64,000 nt of DNA, from the NCBI RefSeq assembly GCF_044704955.1, contig NC_091985.1, positions 201,314,001 to 201,378,000 of the forward strand, in the 5' to 3' direction. A model generated the notes under the pieces. The model had not been told where the DNA came from and ran no database searches. It saw only the letters and a list, made by a program, of their open reading frames with translations. Shown in pieces: positions 34,107 through 47,123 of this stretch. Each line of letters opens with the position of its first letter. Within the stretch, counting starts at the first letter, position 1. The position numbers and the translations under genes were made by a program. The DNA comes from Pristiophorus japonicus (lineage: Eukaryota).

Positions 34107-37100
34107 GTGGTCGCTGAGGCGTGAGTCCGGGGATCAGCAGAGGCCTACAAAAGGCCGCGAGAGGCAGCGGGAGTTCGTGGTCGCTGAGGCGCGAGTCCGG
34201 GGATCAGCAGAGGCCTACAAAGGGCCGCGAGAGGCAGCGGGAGTTCGTGGTCGCTGAGGCGTGAGTCCGGGGATCAGCAGAGGCCTACAAAAGGCGTGAC
34301 TTGTGCAGCTACAGGGAGAAGGCAAAAAAGAAGTAGAAAGAAACAGAAAGGTGACGTCACAGCCGAAGGGGTAAGTGATTGGCTGGTGATTGGTGAGTAG
34401 TTTTTCTTTTTTTTTTATATTAGTCAGTAACTTTTAACATTGTGTTGCCAATTCCAGTGTCCCTGACGACTACGTGTGCGGGAAGTGTATCCGCCTCGAG
34501 TTCCTGACGGTCCGCGTTGCGGAGTTGGAGCTGAGGGTGGATTCACTCTGGAGCATCCACGATGCTGAGAATGACGTGAGTAGCACGTGTAGCGAGTTGG
34601 TCTTACTGCAGGAGAATGGTCCACAGCCAGATAGGGAATGGAAAACCAGCAGGAAGAGTAGTGCAAGGAAGGTAGTGCAGAGGTCCCCTGTGGTCATCCC
34701 CCTGCAAAACAGATACACCGCTTTGAGTACTGTTGGGGGGGGATGACTCATCAGGGGAGGGCAGCAGCAGCCAAGTTCATGGCACCGTGGGTGGCTCTGC
34801 TGCACAGGAGGGCAGGAAAAAGAGTGGGAGAGCGATAGTGATAGGGGATTCAATGGTGAGGGGAATAGATAGGCGTTTCTGCGGCCGCAACCGAGACTCC
34901 AGGATGGTATGTTGCCTCCCTGGTGCAAGGGTCAAGGATGTCTCGGAGCGGGTGCAGGACATTCTGAAAAGGGAGGGAGAACAGCCAGTTGTCGTGGTGC
35001 ACATTGGTACCAACGACATAGGTAAAAAAAGGGATGAGGCCCTACGAAACGAATTTAAGGAGCTAGGAGCTAAATTAAAAAGTAGGACCTCAAAAGTAGT
35101 AATCTCGGGATTGCTACCAGTGCCACGTGCCAGTCAGAGTAGGAATCGCAGGATAGCGCAGATGAATACGTGGCTTGAGCAGTGGTGCAGCAGGGAGGGA
35201 TTCAAATTCCTGGGGCATTGGAACCGGTTCTGGGGGAGGTGGGACCAGTACAAACCAGACGGTCTGCACCTGGGCAGGACCGGAACCAATGTCCTAGGGG
35301 AAGTGTTTGCGAGTGCTGTTGGGGAGGAGTTAAACTAATATGGCAGGGGGATGGGAATCAATGCAGGGAGACAGAGGGAGACAAAAAGGAGGCAAAAGCA
35401 AAAGACAGAAAGGAGATAAGGAAAAGTGGAGGGCAGAGAAACCCAAGGCAAAGAACAAAAAGGACCACTGTACAGCAAAATTCTAAAAGGACAAAGGGTG
35501 TTAAAAAAACAAACCTGAAGGCTTTGTGTCTTAATGCAAGGAGTATCCGCAATAAGGTGGATGAATTAACTGTGCAAATAGATGTTAACAAATATGATGT
35601 GATTGGAATTACGGACACGTGGCTCCAGGATGATCAGGGCTGGGAACTCAACATCCAGGGGTATTCAACATTCAGGAAGGATAGAATAAAAGGAAAAGGA
35701 GGTGGGGTAGCATTGCTGGTTCAAGAGGAGATTAATGCAATAGTTAGGAAAGACATTAGCTTGGATGATGTGGAATCTATATGGGTAGAGCTGCAGAACA
35801 CCAAAGGGCAAAAAACGTTAGTGGGAGTTGTGTACAGACCTCCAAACAGTAGTAGTGATGTTGGGGAGGGCATCAAACAGGAAATCAGGGGTGCATGCAA
35901 TAAAGGTGCAGCAGTTATAATGGGTGACTTTAATATGCACATAGATTGGGCTAGCCAAACTGGAAGCAATACGGTGGAGGAGGATTTCCTGGAGTGCATA
36001 AGAGATGGTTTTCTAGACCAATATGTCGAGGAACCAACTAGGGGGGAGGCCATCTTAGACTGGGTGCTGTGTAATGAGAGAGGATTAATTAGCAAGCTCA
36101 TTGTGCGAGGCCCCTTGGGGAAGAGTGACCATAATATGGTGGAATTCTGCATTAGGATGGAGAATGAAACAGTTAATTCAGAGACCATGGTCCAGAACTT
36201 AAAGAAGGGTAAATTTGAAGGTATGAGGCGTGAATTGTATAGGATAGATTGGCGAATGATACTTAAGGGGTTGACTGTGGATGGGCAATGGCAGACATTT
36301 AGAGACCGCATGGATGAACGACAACAATTGTACATTCCTGTCTGGCGTAAAAATAAAAAAGGGAAGGTGGCTCAACCGTGGCTATCTAGGGAAATCAGGG
36401 ATATTATTAAAGCCAAGGAAGTGGCATACAAATTGGCCAGAAATAGCAGCGAACCCGGGGACTGGGAGAAATTTAGAACTCAGCAGAGGAGGACAAAGGG
36501 TTTGATTAGGGCAGGGAAAATGGAGTACGAGAAGAAGCTTGCAGGAAACATTAAGGCGGATTGCAAAAGTTTCTATAGGTATGTAAGGAGAAAAAGGTTA
36601 GTAAAGACAAATGTAGGTCCCCTGCAGTCAGAATCAGGGGAAGTCATAACGGGGAACAAAGAAATGGCAGACCAATTGAACAAGTACTTTGGTTCGGTAT
36701 TCACTAAGGAGGACACAAACAACCTTCCGGATACAAAAGAGGTCAGAGGGTCTAGTAAGGAGGAGGAACTGAGGGAAATCTTTCTTAATCGGGAAATTGT
36801 GTTGGGGAAATTGATGGGATTGAAGGCCGATAAATCCCCAGGGCCTAATGGACTGCATCCCAGAGTACTTAAGGAGGTGGCCTTGGAAATAGCGGATGCA
36901 TTGACAGTCATTTTCCAACATTCCATTGACTCTGGATCAGTTCCTATCGAGTGGAGGGTAGCCAATGTAACCCCACTTTTTAAAAAAGGAGGGAGAGAAA
37001 ACAGGGAATTATAGACCGGTCAGCCAGACCTCAGTAGTGGGTAAAATGATGGAATCAATTATTAAGGATGTCATAGCAGCGCATTTGGAAAATGGTGACA

Positions 37101-38415
37101 TGACAGGTCCAAGTCAGCATGGATTTGTGAAAGGGAAATCATGCTTGACAAATCTTCTGGCATTTTTTGAGGATGTTTCCAGTAAAGTGGACAACAGAGA
37201 ACCAGTTGATGTGGTATATTTGGACTTTCAGAAGGCTTTCGACAAGGTCCCACACAAGAGATTAATGTGCAAAGTTAAAGCATATGGGATTGGGGGCAGT
37301 GTGCTGACGTGGATTGAGAACTGGTTGTCAGACAGGAAGCAAAGAGTAGGAGTAAATGGGTACTTTTCGGAATGGCAGGCAGTGACTAGTGGGGTACCGC
37401 AAGGTTCTGTGCTGGGGCCCCAGCTGTTTACACTGTACATTAATGATTTAGACGAGGGGATTAAATGTAGTATCTCCAAATTTGCGGATGACACTAAGTT
37501 GGGTGGCAGTGTGAGCTGCGAGGAGGATGCTATGAGGCTGCAGAGTGACTTGGATAGGTTAGGTGAGTGGGCAAATGCATGGCAGATGAAGTATAATGTG
37601 GATAAATGTGAGGTTATCCACTTTGGTGGTAAAAACAGAGAGACAGACTATTATCTGAATGGTGACAGATTAGGAAAAGGGGAGGTGCAACGAGACCTGG
37701 GTGTCATGGTACATCAGTCATTTAAGGTTGGCATGCAGGTACAGCAGGCGGTTAAGAAAGCAAATGGCATGTTGGCCTTCATAGCGAGGGGATTTGAGTA
37801 CAGGGGCAGGTAGGTGTTACTACAGTTGCACAGGGCCTTGGTGAGGCCACACCTGGAGTATTGTGTACAGTTTTGGTCTCCTAACCTGAGGAATTACATT
37901 CTTGTTATTGAGGGAGTGCAGCGAAGGTTCACCAGACTGATTCCCGGGATGGCGGGACTGACCTATCAAGAAAGACTAAATCAACTGGGCTTGTATTCAC
38001 TGGAGTTCAGAAGAATGAGAGGGGACCTCATAGAAACGTTTAAAATTCTGACGGGTTTAGACAGGTTGGATGCAGGAAGAATGTTCCCAATGTTGGGGAA
38101 GTCCAGAACCAGGGGTCACAGTCTAAGGATAAGGGGTAAGCCATTTAGGACCGAGATGAGGAGAAACTTCTTCACCCAGAGAGTGGTGAACCTGTGGAAT
38201 TCTCTAACACAGAAAGTAGTTGAGGCCAATTCACTAAATATATTCAAAAGGGAGTTAAGATGATATCCTTACTACTCGGGGGATCAAGGAGTATGGCGAG
38301 AAAGCAGGAATGGGGTACTGAATTTGCATGTTCAGCCATGAACTCATTGAATGGCGGTGCAGGCTAGAAGGGCCGAATGGCCTACTCCTGCACCTATTTT
38401 CGATGTTTCTATGTT
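34107..38415 (+). mobile_element. Near full-length young CR1: 70-bp tandem 5' UTR monomers, ORF1 (Zn finger, coiled coil, SGNH esterase), ORF2 (APE endonuclease-RT)
   Basis: ORF1 VCGKC..GDS..HIGTND..DGLH; ORF2 LNARS..GDFN..SDH..YLDFQKAFD..FADD; few frameshifts/stops; ORF1 start deleted. Confidence 0.95.
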
Positions 38416-38750
38416 AGGAGACTTCATGGGGTCCAGAGTCAGTGGTGAGGACTCCCAGGGTCACACCCTCCCGAATGTATACTACTGTGCCGCCACCGGT
38501 GGGACAGGACATACCCAGGGATGGTGATGGAGGAGTCTGGGACATTGGCTGAAAGGTATGATTCTGTGAGTATGACTATGTCAGGCTGTTGCTTGACTAG
38601 TCTGGGCCATCTCTTCCAATTTTGGCACAAGTCCTCAGATTTTGGTGAGAAAGACTGGGCTGGGTGTGCCTTTGTCGAGTCCGTAGCCGGTGCGGAGGTC
38701 GATGCCAGGTGCTCCGTCCGGTTTTATTCTTATTATTGTTTTTCGTAGCG
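38416..38750 (-). mobile_element. Endonuclease N-terminal fragment of a second LINE family (continues at 47119 on +)
   Basis: PDIVILTESYL..IPGY..SGPHEVS; junction AAGTCTCCT. Confidence 0.8.
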
Positions 38751-38764
38751 GTGGATCAATTGAT

Positions 38765-39180
38765 GAATCAATATGATCTTATTGAATGGTGGAGCAGGCT
38801 CGAGGGGCCAAATGGCCTACTCCTGCTTCTAATTCTTATGTACTTATTCCCTAGCCCAGATCCTGTCTCTATATTAAGAGCAATGATCCCAACACTGACC
38901 CTGGGGACACCACTGTTTACATCCCTCCATTCTGAAGAACATCCATTAACCACTACTCTCTGTTTTCTGCCCTTTACCAAACTTCCTCTCCACGCGACCC
39001 CAATCCCTTTAATACCTTTAATTTGATCAACAAGCCTCCTGTCCGGCACCTTATCAAACACCTTTTGACAATCCATCTACACAACATCCACTGCATTACC
39101 TTTCTCACTGCACTGTGTTATTTCCTGCAATAATCCCTGCTGTCTGTCCTGAATCAATCCATTTCACTACCAAATGTTGC
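38765..39180. mobile_element. CR1 tail (+) and old CR1 RT fragment (-)
   Basis: gatcttattgaatggtggagcaggctcgag tail; DCQKVFDKVP..RKQRVVVNG..SGVP. Confidence 0.65.
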
Positions 39181-39239
39181 AACGTTTACTTCTGTAGTTA
39201 GAATCCCCCGCGCAGGGATAAAGTGCTCTATCAATGACA

Positions 39240-39476
39240 CCAGGAGCCCAGACACGGGACCGGGCTGTGCTCTGAGCAGGCGCAGTGCCAGTGGTGGAGG
39301 TGGTCTGAGGCGGAAGAGACGTTCCGCGAGTCAGTAGGAGCTTGTGAGCTCAGCGGAGGAATTGGATCCCTGGGTGGGCTGGGCAGATTCATAAACACCT
39401 GGTGTCGGCCTCAGGCCTCGAATATGAGCCCGCAGGCTCCATGTTTGACCTGCGATGATAGACCCGACCACTCGGG
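39240..39476 (+). promoter_or_regulatory. Putative ZNF promoter and non-coding first exon
   Basis: CpG-rich, NRF1-like GAGCAGGCGCA 39274-39284; donor GG|GTAACT at 39477, acceptor ctccttttacag| at 39837. Confidence 0.5.
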
Positions 39477-40168
39477 GTAACTAGCTGAATTCTTGGGCAG
39501 GATCAGGGCGCCTGCGTGGCCATCTTGGTACAGGAGCAGAGGGTGGGTGGGGTTTAGGGTTCCAGTGACCAGGAGAGAAAATAATTTCCTTGCTTATTCT
39601 CAGTCTGCGCACTAGGGATATCGAACTGAACCCAACCAGAGAAGAGGGAGTGAGAAAATTGCAGATGGAGGAAAGAAATGATGGAGGTGGTGCGATGAGT
39701 TTGGATTTCAGCACAGGGTGGAGGGAGAGTGTGTGGGATGGGAATTTACAGCTTTGGGGAACTAGAGAGGAAAGAATGTTCCATAGAAACTAGGATTGTC
39801 TGTCCTCAGTGCTGACTTTTGTAAACTCCTTTTACAGAATATTAGAAAAGGAGGATTTACAGACGGGAAACTCGAATCAATCACAGTCACTCGATACACC
39901 TGTATATCATCGGCCTTTGAATGTGGAAGGAGAAACATTTGTCTGTTCTGTCTGTGAGAAAAGATATTAAACATTAGTGTGACTGGTAAATCACCGAGAC
40001 ACACACACCCGAGTGAGAGTGTTCCAGTGCACTGACTGTGGAAAGAGCTTTAACCAGTTACACAGCCTGAAAAAACATCGCACCATTCACAGAGGGGAGA
40101 AATATTGTGTATGTGGACGAAGCTTCAATTGATCATCCAACCTGGAGAGACACAAGGACACCCGCACC

Positions 40169-40675
40169 ATGGAGAAACCGTGGGAATGTGGAGACTGTGG
40201 GAAGGGATTCAATTGCCCCTCTGCGCTGGAAACTCATCGACGGCATCACAACGGAGAGAGGCCATTCACCTGCCCCGTGTGTGGGAAGGGATTCACTCGA
40301 TCATTTGGCCTGCTGACACACCAACACATTCACACTGGGGAGAGGCCATTCATCTGCTCTGAATGTGGGAAGGGTTTCACTCGATCATCCCACCTGCTGA
40401 CACACCAACGCATTCATACTGGGGAGAAGCCGTTCATCTGCTCTGAGTGTGGGAAGGCTTTCACTCGATCATCTTACCTGCTAGCACACCAGCGAGTTCA
40501 CACTGGGGAGAGGCTATTCACCTGCTCCGAGTGTGAGAAGCATTTCACTCGATCATCCAACCTGCTGAGACACCAGCGAGTTCACACTGGGGAGAGGCCA
40601 TTCACCTGCTCTGAGTGTGGGAAGGGATTCACTCAGTCATCCAACCTGCTGACACACCAGCGAGTTCACAAGTGA
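40169..40675 (+). CDS. C2H2 zinc-finger protein, six tandem Kruppel-type fingers, no KRAB/SCAN domain visible
   Basis: Six CxxC-x12-HxxxH fingers with TGE(R/K)PF linkers; ACCATGG Kozak context; three disrupted fingers upstream (39938-40168). Confidence 0.8.
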   Translation: MEKPWECGDCGKGFNCPSALETHRRHHNGERPFTCPVCGKGFTRSFGLLTHQHIHTGERPFICSECGKGFTRSSHLLTHQRIHTGEKPFICSECGKAFTRSSYLLAHQRVHTGERLFTCSECEKHFTRSSNLLRHQRVHTGERPFTCSECGKGFTQSSNLLTHQRVHK

Positions 40676-40791
40676 CTGCAGGGGTTGGACTCTGCTGTTA
40701 TTGTTGCCGTTAATCACATCCAGGACTGAAACATGTTGCCGCTGGTGTAATTAATCCCTATATCTGGGCTGGAGTTTAATTTTCTGGATAT

Positions 40792-42045
40792 CATTGAATC
40801 ATAGAATGGTCACAGCACAGTAGGAGGCCTTTTGGACCATCGAACCCATGCCGGCTCTCTGCAAGAGCACTTCAGCTAGTCATTAGAACATAAGAAATAG
40901 GAGCAGGAGTAGGCCACACCACCCCTCGAGTCTGCTCCACCATTCAATAAGATCATGGCTGGTCTGATCATGGACTCAGCTCCACTTCCCTGCCCACTCC
41001 CCATAACCCTTTATCGTTTAAGAAACTGTCTATTTCTGTCTTAAATTTATTCAATGTCCCAGCTTCCACATCTCTCTGAGGCAGCGAAGTCCACAGATTT
41101 ACAACCCTCTGAGAGAAGAAATTTCTCCTCATCTCTGTTTTAAATGGGCGGCCTCTAGTTCTAGTCTCCCGCATCAGTGGAAACATCCTCTCTGCATCCA
41201 CCTTGTCAAGCCCCCTCATATATGTTTTGATAAGATCACGTCTCATTCTTCTGAATTCCAATGAGTAGAGACCCAACCTACTCAACCTTTCCTCATAAGT
41301 CAACCCCCTCATCTCCGGAATCAACCTAGTAAAACTTCTCTGAACTGCCTCCAAAGTACCCACAGGTCCTGCTGTATTGCAGCACTTTGCAATCTTTCTC
41401 CATTTAAATAATAACTTGCTCTTGGATTTTTTTCTACCAAAGTGCATGACCTCAGACTTTCCAACATTACACTCCATCTGCCAAATTTTTGCCCACTCAC
41501 TTAGCCTGTCGATTCCTTTTGCAAATGTTTTGTGTCCTCCTCACACATTGCTTTTCCTCTCATCTTTGTATCATCAGCAAACTTGGCTACATTACACTCA
41601 GTCCCTTCTTCCAAGTCGTTAATATAGATTGTAAATAGTCCCAATCCCCGTCCTTTCCCCGTGACCCTGCAAATGTTTTATTTCATGTACTTATCAATTC
41701 CCTTTTTGAAAGCCACAATTGAATCTGCCTCCACCAGCCTTTCAGGCCATGCATTCCAGATCCTAACCACTCGGTGCTTAAAGAAAAGTTTTTTCTCATG
41801 TCGCCTTTGGTTCTTTTGCCAATCACCTTGAATCTGTGTCCTCTGGTTCTCAACCCTTCCGCCAATGGGAATATTTTCTCTCTACTCTGTCCAGACCCTT
41901 CATGATTTTAGAGCACCTCTATCAAATCTCCTCTCAACCTTCTCTGTTCTAAGAAGAACAACCCCAGCTTCACCAGTCTATCCATGTAACTGAAGTCCCT
42001 CATCCCTGGAATCATTCGTGTAAATCTTTTCTGCACCCTCTGTCA
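40792..42045 (-). mobile_element. Older CR1-like tail (40792-40882, 41641-42045) interrupted by a CR1 fragment (40885-41640)
   Basis: Two tail types; RTRGHRFKVIGKR and LEFRRMRRDLIKTY motifs. Confidence 0.8.
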
Positions 42046-42171
42046 AACAACTGTCAAATAAATCAGCTTTGTTTCCTACATACAGTGAGTCGATTCCTTG
42101 ATTTCTCCAAGAGGAGACTAATTGATGTCCTGTTACCGACTGTTCCATTTTTGAGCCTTTTCACGGCTTCT

Positions 42172-42285
42172 GTTTTAGTGATGTTGGTTGAGGGATAAAT
42201 GTTAGCCAGGACACCGGAGATCTCTCTTTTCTTCGAAATAATGTAATGGAATCTTTAACGCCGACTTGAGAGGTCAGATGGTTCT
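42172..42285 (-). mobile_element. DeuSINE-like central domain fragment
   Basis: gttggttgagggataaatgttagccaggacaccgg...cttcgaaata resembles the Deu-domain. Confidence 0.5.
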
Positions 42286-42294
42286 GATTCTTTT

Positions 42295-43925
42295 TTTTAT
42301 TCGTTCACGGGATGTGGGCGTTGCTGGTAAGGCCAGCATTTATTGTCCATCCATAACTGCCCTTGAGAAGATGGGGGGGAGCCATCTTCTTGAACTGCTG
42401 CAGTGCATGTGGTGAAGGTACTCCCACAGTACTGTTAGGGAGGGAGTTCCAGGATTTTGACCCAGCGATAATGAAGGAATGGCGATATGCTTCCAAATCA
42501 GGATGGTGTGTGACTTGGAAGGAAACGTGGAGGTGGTGGTGTTCCCATGCGCCTGCTGCCCTTGTCCTTCTAGTTGGTAGAGGTCGCGGGTTTGGGAGGT
42601 GCTGCTGAAGAAGCCTTGGCGAGTTGATGCAGTGTATCTTGTACATGGTAAACACTACAGCCACGGTACATCGATGATGGAGGGAGTGGATGTTTAAGGT
42701 GGTGGATGGGTGCCAATAAAGCAGGCTGCTTTGTCATGGATGTAGTCAAGCTTCTTGAGTGTTGTCGCAGTTGCATTCATCCAAGCAAGTGGAGAGTATT
42801 CCATCACACTCCTGACTTGTGCCTTGTAGATGGTGGAAAGGCTCTGGGGAGTCAGGAGGTGAGACACTCACCATAAAATACCTAGCCTCTGACTTGCTCT
42901 TGTTGCCACAGTATTTATGTGGCTGTTCCAGTTAAGTTTCTGGTCAATGGTAACCCCAAGGATGTTGATGGTAGGGGATTCGGTTATGGTAATGCCATTG
43001 AATGTTATGGGGTGGTGGATAGTCATTGCCTGGCACTTGTGGCGTGAATGTTACTTGCCACTTATCAGCCCAAGCCTGAATGTTGTCCAGATCTTGCTGT
43101 ACGCAGGCATGGACTGCTCCATTATCTGAGAAGTTGCGAATGGAACATAACACTGTGCAGTCATCAGCGAACTTCCCCACTTCTGACCTTATAATGGAAG
43201 GAAGGTCATTGATGAAGCAACTGAAGATGGTTGAGCCTAGGACACTGCCCTGAGGAACTCCTACAACGATGTCCTATGGCTGTGATGATTGACCTCCAAC
43301 TACCACAACTATCTTCTTTTGTGCTAGGTATGACTCCAGCCAGCGTAGAGTTTTCCCCCAGATTCCCATTGACTTCAGTTTTACTACAGCTCCTTGATGC
43401 TGCCCTGATGTCGAGGGCAGTCACTCTCACTTTGCCTCTGGAATTCAGCTCTTTTGATCATGTTTGGACCAAGGATGTGATGAGGTCTGGAGCCGAGTGG
43501 TCCTGGCGGAACCCAAACTGGGTATCGGTGAGCAGGTTATTGGTGAGTAAGTGCCGCTTGATACTACTGTTGGTGACAACTTCCATCACTTTGCGAATGA
43601 TTGAGAATAGACTGATGGGGCAGTAATTGACCAGATTGGATTTGTCCTGCTTTTTGTGGCAGTTTTCCACATTGTCGCATCGATGCCAGTGTTGTAACTG
43701 TACTCGAACAGCTTGGCTAGAGGTGTGGCTAGTTCTGGAGCACAAGTCTTCAGCACAACAGCCGGTGTATTGTCGGAACCCATAGCCTTTGCTGTATCCA
43801 ATGCATTCAGCTGTTTTTGATATCACGTGGAGTGAATCGAATTGGCTGAAGACTGGCTTCCTTAGGAGGAGGCCGATATGGATCATCCTCTCGGCACATC
43901 TGGCTGAAGATGGTTGTAAACTCCA
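42295..43925 (-). mobile_element. Second-family non-LTR retrotransposon (CR1/L2 group), RT to 3' end
   Basis: QFGFRQDHSAPDL, ALDI, FADDCTV, WADKWQVTF; A-rich tail at ~42290-42300. Confidence 0.8.
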
Positions 43926-43934
43926 GCCTTTTCT

Positions 43935-44634
43935 TCTCAGAAGATCAAGATGTAGAACCAGTTTGTGTCAAGATAAGAAATAATAAGGGAAAGAAATCAC
44001 TGGTAGGAGTAGTCTATAGGTCCTCTAACAGTAGCTACACTGCAGGACAGCATATAAATCAACAACACATGGAGGTTTGTAAGAAATACTGCAATAATCA
44101 TGGGCGATTTTAATCTTTTTCATTGGACAAATCAAATTGGCAAAGGTAGCCTTAAGGAAGAGTTCATAGAGTGTATTCGGGATGTTCTTAGAACAATACG
44201 ATGTGGAGCCAACCAGGGAGCAGACTATTTTAGATCTGGTAATGTGCAATTAATGATCTCATAGTAAAGGATCCTCTTGGGAAGAGTGATCATAACATGG
44301 TATAATTTCAAATTCAGTTTGAGGCTGAGAAACTTGGATCTCGTACTCGTGCCCTGAACTTAAATAAAGGCAATTACAAAGGAAGGGTAAGATGGTAGAT
44401 AAGCAGTGACAGACATTTAAGGAGATATTTTATAACTCACAGCAAAGATATATTCCAGTGAGAAAGAAAGACTCTTAAGATGAACCAGCCATGGCTAACT
44501 AAGAATTTTTTGAGGATGTAAGTGGTAGAGTGGACAAGGGAGAACCAGTGGATGTGGTGTATTTGGACTTTCAAAAGGCTTTTGACAAGGTCCCACACAA
44601 GAGATTGGTGTGCAAAATTAAAGCACATAGTATT
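43935..44634 (+). mobile_element. Two CR1 5' portions displaced by inversion
   Basis: Endonuclease segment to PWLTK (43935-44505), then EFFEDV..CKIKAH (44506-44634). Confidence 0.85.
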
Positions 44635-47123
44635 ACATAGAAACATAGAAAATAGGTGCAGGAGTAGGCCATTCAGCCCTTCTAGCCTGCACCGCCATTC
44701 AATGAGTTCATGGCTGAACATGCAACTTCAGTACCCCATTCCTGCTTTCTCGCCATACCCCTTGATCCCCCGAGTAGTAAGGACTTCATCTAACTCCCTT
44801 TTGAATATATTTAGTGAATTGGCCTCAACTACTTTCTGTGGTAGAGAATTCCACAGGTTCACCACTCTCTGGGTGAAGAAGTTTCTCCTCATCTCGGTCC
44901 TAAATGGCTTACCCCTTATCCTTAGACTGTGACCCCTGGTTCTGGACTTCCCCAACATTGGTAACATTCTTCCTGCATCTAACCTGTCTAAACCCGTCAG
45001 AATTTTAAACGTTTCTATGAGGTCCCCTCTCATTCTTCTGAACTCCAGTGAATACAATCCCAGTTGATCCAGTCTTTCTTGATACGTCAGTCCCACCATG
45101 CCGGGAATCAGTCTGGTGAATCTTCGCTGCACTCCCTCAATAGCAAGAACGTCCTTCCTCAAGTTAGGAGACCAAAACTGTACACAATACTCCAGGTGTG
45201 GCCTCACCAAGGCCCTGTACAACTGTAGCAACACCTCCCTGTCCCTGTACTCAAATCCCCTCGCTATGAAGGCCAACACGCCATTTGCTTTCTTAACCAC
45301 CTGCTGTACCTGCATGCTAACCTTCAATGACAGATGTACCATGACACCCAGGTCTCGTTGCACCTCCCCTTTTCCTAATCTGTCACCATTCAGATAATAG
45401 TCTGTCTCTCTGTTTTTACCACCAAAGTGGATAACCTCACATTTATCCACATTATACTTCATCTGCCATTCATTTGCCCACTCACCTAACCTATCCAAGT
45501 CACTCTGCAGCCTCATAGCATCCTCCTCGCAGCTCACACTGCCACCCAACTTAGTGTCATCCGCAAATTTGGAGATACTACATTTAATCCCCTCGTCTAA
45601 ATCATTAATGTACAGTGTAAACAGCTGGGGCCCCAGCACAGAACCTTGCGGTACCCCACTAGTCACTGCCTGCCATTCTGAAAAGTACCCATTTACTCCT
45701 ACTCTTTGCTTCCTGTCTGACAACCAGTTCTCAATCCATTTCAGCACACTACCCCCAATCCCATGTGCTTTAACTTTGCACATTAATCTCTTGTGTGGGA
45801 CCTTGTCGAAAGCCTTCTGAAAGTCCAAATACACCACATCAACTGGTTCTCCCTTGTCCACTCGACTGGAAACATCCTCAAAAAATTCCAGAAGATTTGT
45901 CAAGCATGATTTCCCTTTCACAAATCCATGCTGACTTGGACCTATAATGTCACCATTTTCCAAATGCGCTGCTATGACATCCTTAATAATTGATTCCATC
46001 ATTTTACCCACTACTGAGGTCAGGCTGACCGGTCTATAATTCCCTGTTTTCTCTCTCCCTCCTTTTTTAAAAAGTGGCGTTACATTGGCTACCCTCCTCT
46101 CGATAGGAACTGATCCAGAGTCAATGGAATGTTGGAAAATGACTGTCAATGCATTCGCTATTTCCAAGGCCACCTCCTTAAGTACTCTGGGATGCAGTCC
46201 ATCAGGCCCTGGGGATTTATCGGCCTTCAATCCATCAATTTCCCCAACACAATTTCCCGACTAATAAGGATTTCCCTCAGTTCCTCCTCCTTACTAGACC
46301 CTCTGACCCCTTTTCTATCCGGAAGGTTGTTTGTGTCCTCTTTAGTGAATAACGAACCAAAGTACTTGTTCAATTGGTCTGCCATTTCTTTGTTCCCAGT
46401 TATGACTTCCCCTGATTCTGATTGCAGGGGACCTACATTTGTCTTTACTAACCTTTTTCTCTTTACATATCTATGGAAACTTATGCAATCCGTCTTAATG
46501 TTCCCTGCAAGCTTCTTCTCGTACTCTTTTTTCCCTGACCTAATCAAACCCTTTGTCCTCCTCTGCTGAGTTCTAAATTTCTCCCAGTCCCCGGGCTCGC
46601 TGCTATTTCTGGGCAATTTGTATGCCACTTCCTTGGCTTTAATACTATCCCTGATTTCCCTTGATAGCCACGGTTGAGCCACCTTCCCTTTTTTATTTTT
46701 ACGGCAGACAGGAATGTACAATTGTTGTAGTTCATCCATGCGGTCTCTAAATGTCTGCCATTGCCCATCCACAGTCAACCCCTTAAGTATAATTCGCCAA
46801 TCTATCCTAGCCAATTCACGCCTCATACCTTCAAAGTTACCCTTCTTTAAGTTCTGGACCATGGTCTCTGAATTAACTGTTTCATTCTCCATCCTAATGC
46901 AGAATTCCACCATATTATGGTCATTCTTCCCCAAGGGGTCTTGCACAACGAGATTGCGAATTAATCCTCTCTCATTACACAACACCCAGTCTAAGATGGC
47001 TTCCCGCCTAGTTGGTTCCTCGACATATTGGTCTGGAAAACCATCCCTTATGCACTCCAGGAAATCCTCCTCTACCGTATTGCTTCCAGTTTGGCTAGCC
47101 CAATCTTTGTGCATATTAAAGTC
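44635..47123 (-). mobile_element. Young CR1, 5'-truncated, 500-aa open RT region
   Basis: ORFs 44728..46230 and 46227..47150; highly similar to 35925-38415 in inverted orientation. Confidence 0.95.

Noticed and set aside
32990-38415. Head-to-head CR1s as one twin-primed insertion
   Set aside because: Each has its own 3' tail and subfamily diagnostics; explained by nesting plus later inversion
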